A stretch of 64,000 bases of DNA from Eledone cirrhosa (taxonomy: Eukaryota). Under the pieces are notes generated by a model, which searched no databases, was not told where the DNA came from, and worked only from the letters and a program-made list of their open reading frames with translations. How positions within the stretch are numbered: the first letter of the stretch is position 1; the number at the start of each line of letters is the position of its first letter. Below are positions 56,701 through 64,000 of the stretch, piece by piece. The stretch spans positions 42,160,001 to 42,224,000 of the forward strand of contig OZ024745.1 of assembly GCA_964016885.1 (NCBI GenBank). The letters are read 5' to 3'. The position numbers were made by a program, and so were the translations under genes.

Positions 56701-57429
56701 CTAGATGACTACGCAATAGAATGCAGTGTGACTCCTGGCTTCAGTGAACTATAGTCTCACCTTATTGCAAATGACTAGATGACTAGGCAAAAGAATGCAG
56801 AGTGACTCCTGGCTTCAGTGAACTATAGTCTCACCTTATTGCAGATGACTAGAAGACTAGGCAATAGAATGCAAAGTGACTCCTGGCTTTTGTGAACTGT
56901 AGTCTAAACATTGTTGCAGATGATTAGATGACTAGGCAATAGAATGCAGTGACTCCTGGCTTCGTTGAAGTATAGTCTAACCATTGTTGCAGATGACTTG
57001 AAGACTAGGCAATACAATGCAGAGTGACTCCTGGCTTCAGGGAAGTATAGACTCACCTTATTGCAGATGACTAGATGATTAGGCAATAGAATGCAGAGTG
57101 ACTCCTGGCTTCAGTGAACTATAGTGTCACCTTATTGCAGATGACTAGATGACTAGGCAATAGAATGCAGAGTGACTCCTGGCTTCAGTGAACTATAGTC
57201 TCACCTTATTGCTGATGACTAGATGACTAGGCAATAGAATGCATAGTGACTCCTGGCTTCAGTGATCTATAGTCTCACCTTGTTGCAGATGACTAGATGA
57301 CTGGGCAATATAATGCAGAGTGACTCCTAGCTTCTGTGAACTATAGTCTAACCATTGTTACAGATGACTAGATGACTAGGCAATAGATTGCAGAGTGACT
57401 CCTGGCTTCGTTGAAGTATAGTCTAACCA

Positions 57430-60400
57430 TTGTTGCAGATGACTTGATGACTAGGCAATACAATACAGAGGGACTCCTGGGTTTAGGGAAGTATAGTCTC
57501 ACCTTATTGCTGATGACTAGATGACTAGGCAATAGAATGCATAGTGACTCCTGGCTTCATTGAACTATAGTCTCACCTTGTTGCAGATGACTAGATGACT
57601 GGGCAATAGAATGCAGAGTGACTCCTGGCTTCAGTGAACTATAGTCTCACCTTATTACAGATGACTAGGGTGACTACGCAATAGAATGCAGAGTGACTCC
57701 TGGCTTCGGTGAAGTATAGTCTAACCATCGTTGCAGATGACTAGATGACTAGGCAATACAATGCAGAGTGACTCCTGGCTTCAGTGAAGTTCAGTCTCAC
57801 CTTATTGCAGATGACTAAATGACTAGACAATAGAATGCAGAGTGACTCCTGGCTTCAGTGAAGTATAGTCTCACCTTATTGCAGATGATTAGATGACTAG
57901 GCAATAGAATGCAGAGTGACTCCTGGCTTCTGTGAACTATAGTCTCACCTTATTGCTGATGACTAGATGACTACGCAATAGAATGCAGAGTGACTCCTGG
58001 CTTCAGGGAACTATAGTCTCACATTATTGCAGATGACTAGAAGACTAGGCAATAGAATGCAGAGTGACTCCTGGCTTCTGTGAACTGTAGTCTAACCATT
58101 GTTGCAGATGACTAGATGACTAGGCAATAGATTGCAGAGTGACTCCGGGCTTCAGTGAAATATAGTCTCACCTTATTGCAGATGACTAGATGACTAGGCA
58201 ATAGAATGCAGAGTGACTCCTGGCTTCAGTGAACTATAGTCTCACCTTATTGCAGATGACTAGATAACTAGGCAGTAGAATGCAGAGTGACTCCTGGCTT
58301 CAGTGAAGTATAGTCTAATCATTGTTGCAGATGACTAGATGACTAGGCAATAGAATGAGAGTGACTCCTGGCTTCAGTAAACTATAGTGTCACCTTATTG
58401 CAGATGACTAGATGACTAGGCAATAGAATGCAGTGACTCCTGGCTTCTGTGAACTATAGTCTAACCATTGTTGCAGATGACTAGATGACTAGGCAATAGA
58501 TTGCAGAGTGACTCCTGGCTTCAGTGAACTATAGTCTCACCTTATTGCAGATGACTAGATGACTGGGCAATAGAATGAAGTGACTCCTGGCTTCTGTGAA
58601 CTATAGTCTAACCATTGTTGCAGATGACTAGATGACTTGGCAATAGATTGCAGTGTAACTACGGGCTTCAGTGAAGTATTGTCTCACCTTATTGCAGATG
58701 ACTAGATGACTAGGCGATAGAATTCAGAGTGACTCGGTGCTTCATTGAAGTATAGTCTAACCATTGTTGCAGATGACTAGATGACTACGCAATAGAATGC
58801 AGTGTGACTCCTGGCTTCAGTGCACTATAGGCTCACCTTATTGCAGATGACTAGATGACTACGCAATAGAATGCAGTGTGACTCCTGGCTTCAGTGAACT
58901 ATAGTCTCACCTTATTGCAGATGACTAGATGACTAGGCAAAAGAATGCAGAGTAACTCCTGGCTTCAGTGAACTATAGTCTCACCTTATTGCAGATGACT
59001 AGAAGACTAGGCAATAGAATGCAAAGTGACTCCTGGCTTTTGTGAACTGTAGTCTAACCATTGTTGCAGATGATTAGATGACTAGGCAATAGAATGCAGA
59101 GTGACTCCTGGCTTCGTTGAAGTATAGTCTAACCATTGTTGCAGATGACTTGATGACTAGGCAATACAATGCCATGTGACTCCTGGCTTCAGGGAAGTAT
59201 AGTCTCACCTTATTGCAGATGACTAGATGATTAGGCAATAGAATGCAGAGTGACTCCTGGCTTCAGTGAACTATAGTGTCACCTTATTGCAGATGACTAG
59301 ATGACTAGGCAATAGAATACATAGTGACTCCTGGCTTCAGTGAACTATAGTCTCACCTTGTTGCAGATGACTAGATGACTGGGCAATATAATGCAGAGTG
59401 ACTCCTAGCTTCTGTGAACTATAGTCTAACCATTGTTACAGATGACTAGATGACTAGGCAATAGATTGCAGAGTGACTCCTGGCTTCGTTGAAGTATAGT
59501 CTAACCATTGTTGCAGATGACTTGATGACTAGGCAATACAATGCAGAGTGACTCCTGGCTTCAGGGAAATATAGTCTCACCTTATTGCAGATGACTAGAT
59601 GATTAGGCAATAGAATGCAGAGTGACTCCTGGCTTCAGTGAACTATAGTCTCACCTTGTTGCAGATGACTAGATGACTGGGCAATAGAATGCAGAGTGAG
59701 TCCTGGCTTCAGTGAACTATAGTCTCACCTTATTACAGATGACTAAATGACTACGCAATAGAATGCAGAGTGACTCCTGGCTTCGGTGAAGTATAGTCTA
59801 ACCATTGTTGCAGATGACTAGATGACTAGGCAATACAATGCAGAGTGACTCCTGGCTTCAGTGAAGTTCAGTCTCACCTTATTGCAGATGACTAAATGAC
59901 TAGACAATAGAATGCAGAGTGACTCCTGTCTTCAGTGAAGTATAGTCTCACCTTATTGCAGATGACTAGATGACTAGTCAATAGAATGCAGAGTGACTCC
60001 TGGCTTCTGTGAACTATAGTCTCACCTTATTGCTGATGACTAGATGACTAGGCAATAGATTGCAGAGTGACTCCGGGCTTCAGTGAAGTATAGTCTCACC
60101 TTATTGCAGATGACTAGATGACTGGGCAATAGAATGCAGATTGACTCCTGGCTTCAGTGAACTATAGTCTCACCTTATTGCAGATGACTAGATGACTAGG
60201 CAGTAGAATGCAGAGTGACTCCTGGCTTCAGTGAAGTATATTCTAATCATTGTTGCAGATGACTAGATGACTAGGCAATAGAATGCAGAGTGACTCCTGG
60301 CTTCAGTAAGCAATAGTGCCACCTTATTGCAGATGACTAGATGACTAGGCAATAGAATGCAGTGACTCCTGGCTTCTGTGAACTATAGTCTAACCATTGT

Positions 60401-63400
60401 TGCAGATGACTAGATGACTAGGCAATAGAATGCGGAGTGACTCCTGGCTTCAGTGAACTATAGTCTAACCATTGTTGCAGATGACTAGATGACTAGGCAA
60501 TAGTATGCAGAGTGACTCCTGGCTTCAGTGCACTATAGGCTCACCTTATTGCAGATGACTAGATGACTACGCAATAGAATGCAGTGTGACTCCTGGCTTC
60601 AGTGAACTATAGTCTCACCTTATTGCAGATGACTAGTTGATTAGGCAATAGAATGCAGAGTGACTCCTGGCTTCAGTGAACTATAGTGTCACCTTATTGC
60701 AGATGACTAGATGACTAGGCAATATAATACAGAGTGACTCCTGGCTTCAGTGAACTATAGTCTCACCTTATTGCTGATGACTAGATGACTAGGCAATAGA
60801 ATGCATAGTGACTCCTGGCTTCAGTGATCTATAGTCTCACCTTGTTGCAGATGACTAGATGACTGGGCAATATAATGCAGAGTGACTCCTAGCTTCTGTG
60901 AACTATAGTCTAACCATTGTTACAGATGACTAGATGACTAGGCAATAGATTGCAGAGTGACTCCTGGCTTCGTTGAAGTATAGTCTAACCTTATTGCAGA
61001 TGACTAGTTGATTAGGCAATAGAATGCAGAGTGACTCCTGGCTTCAGTGAACTATAGTGTCACCTTATTGCAGATGACTTGATGACTAGGCAATACAATA
61101 CAGAGGGACTCCTGGCTTTAGGGAAGTATAGTCTCACCTTATTGCTGATGACTAGATGACTAGGCAATAGAATGCATAGTGACTCCTGGCTTCATTGAAC
61201 TATAGTCTCACCTTGTTGCAGATGACTAGATGACTGGGCAATAGAATGCAGAGTGACTCCTGGCTTCAGTGAACTATAGTCTCACCTTATTACAGATGAC
61301 TAGGGTGACTACGCAATAGAATGCAGAGTGACTCCTGGCTTCGGTGAAGTATAGTCTAACCATCGTTGCAGATGACTAGATGACTAGGCAATACAATGCA
61401 GAGTGACTCCTGGCTTCAGTGAAGTTCAGTCTCACCTTATTGCAGATGACTAAATGACTAGACAATAGAATGCAGAGTGACTCCTGGCTTCAGTGAAGTA
61501 TAGTCTCACCTTATTGCAGATGATTAGATGACTAGGCAATAGAATGCAGAGTGACTCCTGGCTTCTGTGAACTATAGTCTCACCTTATTGCTGATGACTA
61601 GATGACTACGCAATAGAATGCAGAGTGACTCCTGGCTTCAGGGAACTATAGTCTCACATTATTGCAGATGACTAGAAGACTAGGCAATAGAATGCAGAGT
61701 GACTCCTGGCTTCTGTGAACTGTAGTCTAACCATTGTTGCAGATGACTAGATGACTAGGCAATAGATTGCAGAGTGACTCCGGGCTTCAGTGAAATATAG
61801 TCTCACCTTATTGCAGATGACTAGATGACTAGGCAATAGAATGCAGAGTGACTCCTGGCTTCAGTGAACTATAGTCTCACCTTATTGCAGATGACTAGAT
61901 AACTAGGCAGTAGAATGCAGAGTGACTCCTGGCTTCAGTGAAGTATAGTCTAATCATTGTTGCAGATGAATAGATGACTAGGCAATAGAATGCAGAGTGA
62001 CTCCTGGCTTCAGTAAACTATAGTGTCACCTTATTGCAGATGACTAGATGACTAGGCAATAGAATGCAGTGACTCCTGGCTTCTGTGAACTATAGTCTAA
62101 CCATTGTTGCAGATGACTAGATGACTAGGCAATAGATTGCAGAGTGACTCCTGGCTTCAGTGAACTATAGTCTCACCTTATTGCAGATGACTAGATGACT
62201 GGGCAATAGAATGAAGTGACTCCTGGCTTCTGTGAACTATAGTCTAACCATTGTTGCAGATGACTAGATGACTAGGCAATAGATTGCATTGTAACTACGG
62301 GCTTCAGTGAAGTATTGTCTCACCTTATTGCAGATGACTAGATGACTAGGCGATAGAATTCAGAGTGACTCGGGGCTTCATTGAAGTATAGTCTAACCAT
62401 TGTTGCAGATGACTAGATGACTAGGCAATAGAATGCAGAGTGACTCCTGGCTTCAGTGCACTATAGGCTCACCTTATTGCAGATGACTAGATGACTACGC
62501 AATAGAATGCAGTGTGACTCCTGGCTTCAGTGAACTATAGTCTCACCTTATTGCAGATGACTAGATGACTAGGCAAAAGAATGCAGAGTAACTCCTGGCT
62601 TCAGTGAACTATAGTCTCACCTTATTGCAGATGACTAGAAGACTAGGCAATAGAATGCAAAGTGACTCCTGGCTTTTGTGAACTGTAGTCTAACCATTGT
62701 TGCAGATGATTAGATGACTAGGCAATAGAATGCAGAGTGACTCCTGGCTTCGTTGAAGTATAGTCTAACCATTGTTGCAGATGACTTGATGACTAGGCAA
62801 TACAATGCAGAGTGACTCCTGGCTTCAGGGAAGTATAGTCTCACCTTATTGCAGATGACTAGATGATTAGGCAATAGAATGCAGAGTGACTCCTGGCTTC
62901 AGTGAACTATAGTGTCACCTTATTGCAGATGACTAGATGACTAGGCAATAGAATGCATAGTGACTCCTGGCTTCAGTGAACTATAGTCTCACCTTGTTGC
63001 AGATGACTAGATGACTGGGCAATATAATGCAGAGTGACTCCTAGCTTCTGTGAACTATAGTCTAACCATTGTTACAGATGACTAGATGACTAGGCAATAG
63101 ATTGCAGAGTGACTCCTGGCTTCGTTGAAGTATAGTCTAACCATTGTTGCAGATGACTTGATGACTAGGCAATACAATGCAGAGTGACTCCTGGCTTCAG
63201 GGAAGTATAGTCTCACCTTATTGCAGATGACTAGATGATTAGGCAATAGAATGCAGAGTGACTCCTGGCTTCAGTGAACTATAGTCTCACCTTGTTGCAG
63301 ATGACTAGATGACTGGGCAATAGAATGCAGAGTGAGTCCTGGCTTCAGTGAACTATAGTCTCACCTTATTACAGATGACTAGATGACTACGCAATAGAAT

Positions 63401-64000
63401 GCAGAGTGACTCCTGGCTTCGGTGAAGTATAGTCTAACCATTGTTGCAGATGACTAGATGACTAGGCAATACAATGCAGAGTGACTCCTGGCATCAGTGA
63501 AGTTCAGTCTCACCTTATTGCAGATGACTAAATGACTAGACAATAGAATGCAGAGTGACTCCTGTCTTCAGTGAAGTATAGTCTCACCTTATTGCAGATG
63601 ACTAGATGACTAGGCAATAGAATGCAGAGTGACTCCTGGCTTCTGTGAACTATAGTCTCACCTTATTGCTGATGACTAGATGACTAGGCAATAGAATGCA
63701 GAGTGACTCCTGGCTTCTGTGAACTGTAGTCTAACCATTGTTGCAGATGACTAGATGACTAGGCAATAGATTGCAGAGTGACTCCGGGCTTCAGTGAAGT
63801 ATAGTCTCACCTTATTGCAGATGACTAGATGACTGGGCAATAGAATGCAGATTGACTCCTGGCTTCAGTGAACTATAGTCTCACCTTATTGCAGATGACT
63901 AGATGACTAGGCAGTAGAATGCAGAGTGACTCCTGGCTTCGGTGAAGTATATTCTAATCATTGTTGCAGATGACTAGATGACTAGGCAATAGAATGCAGA
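57430..64000 (+). repeat. Higher-order duplication: about 57430-60290 repeated at about 61070-64000 (offset about 3635/3636, larger near the end)
   Basis: Private variants GACTAGGGTGAC (57661/61296), CCATCGTT, GGCGATAGAATTC, GAATGAAGTG and GCAGATTGAC recur in the same order. Confidence 0.88.

Larger units (their letters stand above)
1..64000 (+). repeat. Tandem satellite DNA array, 74/75-bp monomer, about 860 copies, running off both window edges
   Basis: Monomer starts at 1, 75, 149, 223, 297 (74-bp spacing), then 372 (75 bp after a B-type unit). The same unit continues to 64000. Copies typically differ from consensus by only a few substitutions or small indels. Confidence 0.99.

Noticed and set aside
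56904-57086. 60-aa minus-strand ORF (MPNHLVICNKVSLYF...)
   Set aside because: It lies wholly within about 2.5 satellite monomers and is open only because local variants remove TAG stops. The peptide is itself repetitive. One short ORF among about 860 monomers is expected by chance.
1-64000. CRISPR array (period about 74 bp with palindromic parts)
   Set aside because: There are no unique spacers, since the entire unit is repeated, and no leader or cas genes.
1-64000. Repetitive protein-coding gene
   Set aside because: TGACTAGATGACTAG places stops in all three forward frames in nearly every unit. The main 74-bp unit is not a multiple of 3, and the ORF track is essentially empty.
1-64000. Assignment to a named satellite (alpha satellite, mouse major/minor, telomeric) or a CENP-B box
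   Set aside because: Unit length and sequence do not match those I know. No TTCG....A..CGGG box is present in the consensus, and TTCG and CGGG occur only as separate variants.
1-64000. Rolling-circle or sequencing concatemer artefact
   Set aside because: Variants recur in ordered, hierarchically shared blocks rather than as random errors, which indicates real evolutionary history. Individual near-identical duplications still need read support.
1-64000. Embedded transposon, inversion or unique island
   Set aside because: None was seen on reading through. All units are on the same strand. A very short insertion could have been missed by eye.

Overview
The whole 64 kb window is one uninterrupted head-to-tail satellite DNA array of roughly 860 monomers (estimated as 64000/~74), all in the same orientation. 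I saw no genes, RNA genes, transposons, inversions or unique sequence. There are two monomer classes. Type A is 74 bp: AGTGACTCCTGGCTTCAGTGAACTATAGTCTCACCTTATTGCAGATGACTAGATGACTAGGCAATAGAATGCAG (43% GC, no CpG). Type B is 75 bp, with TCTAACCATTGTTGC replacing TCTCACCTTATTGC. Diagnostic variants show a nested, irregular higher-order organisation built by in-register duplications (offsets of about 2150, 2219, 2657, 3260, 3619, 3632, 3635, 5760, 6673, 8377 and 10080 bp) and whole-monomer deletions. There is also a left-to-right turnover of variant subfamilies. This looks like eukaryotic heterochromatic or (peri)centromeric-type satellite, but I cannot name the family or organism. The only ORF offered is a chance product. 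I found no protein-based novel system. The interest lies in the array architecture and monomer motifs. Offsets were checked by eye at marker positions, so block ends are approximate and difference counts are minimums.
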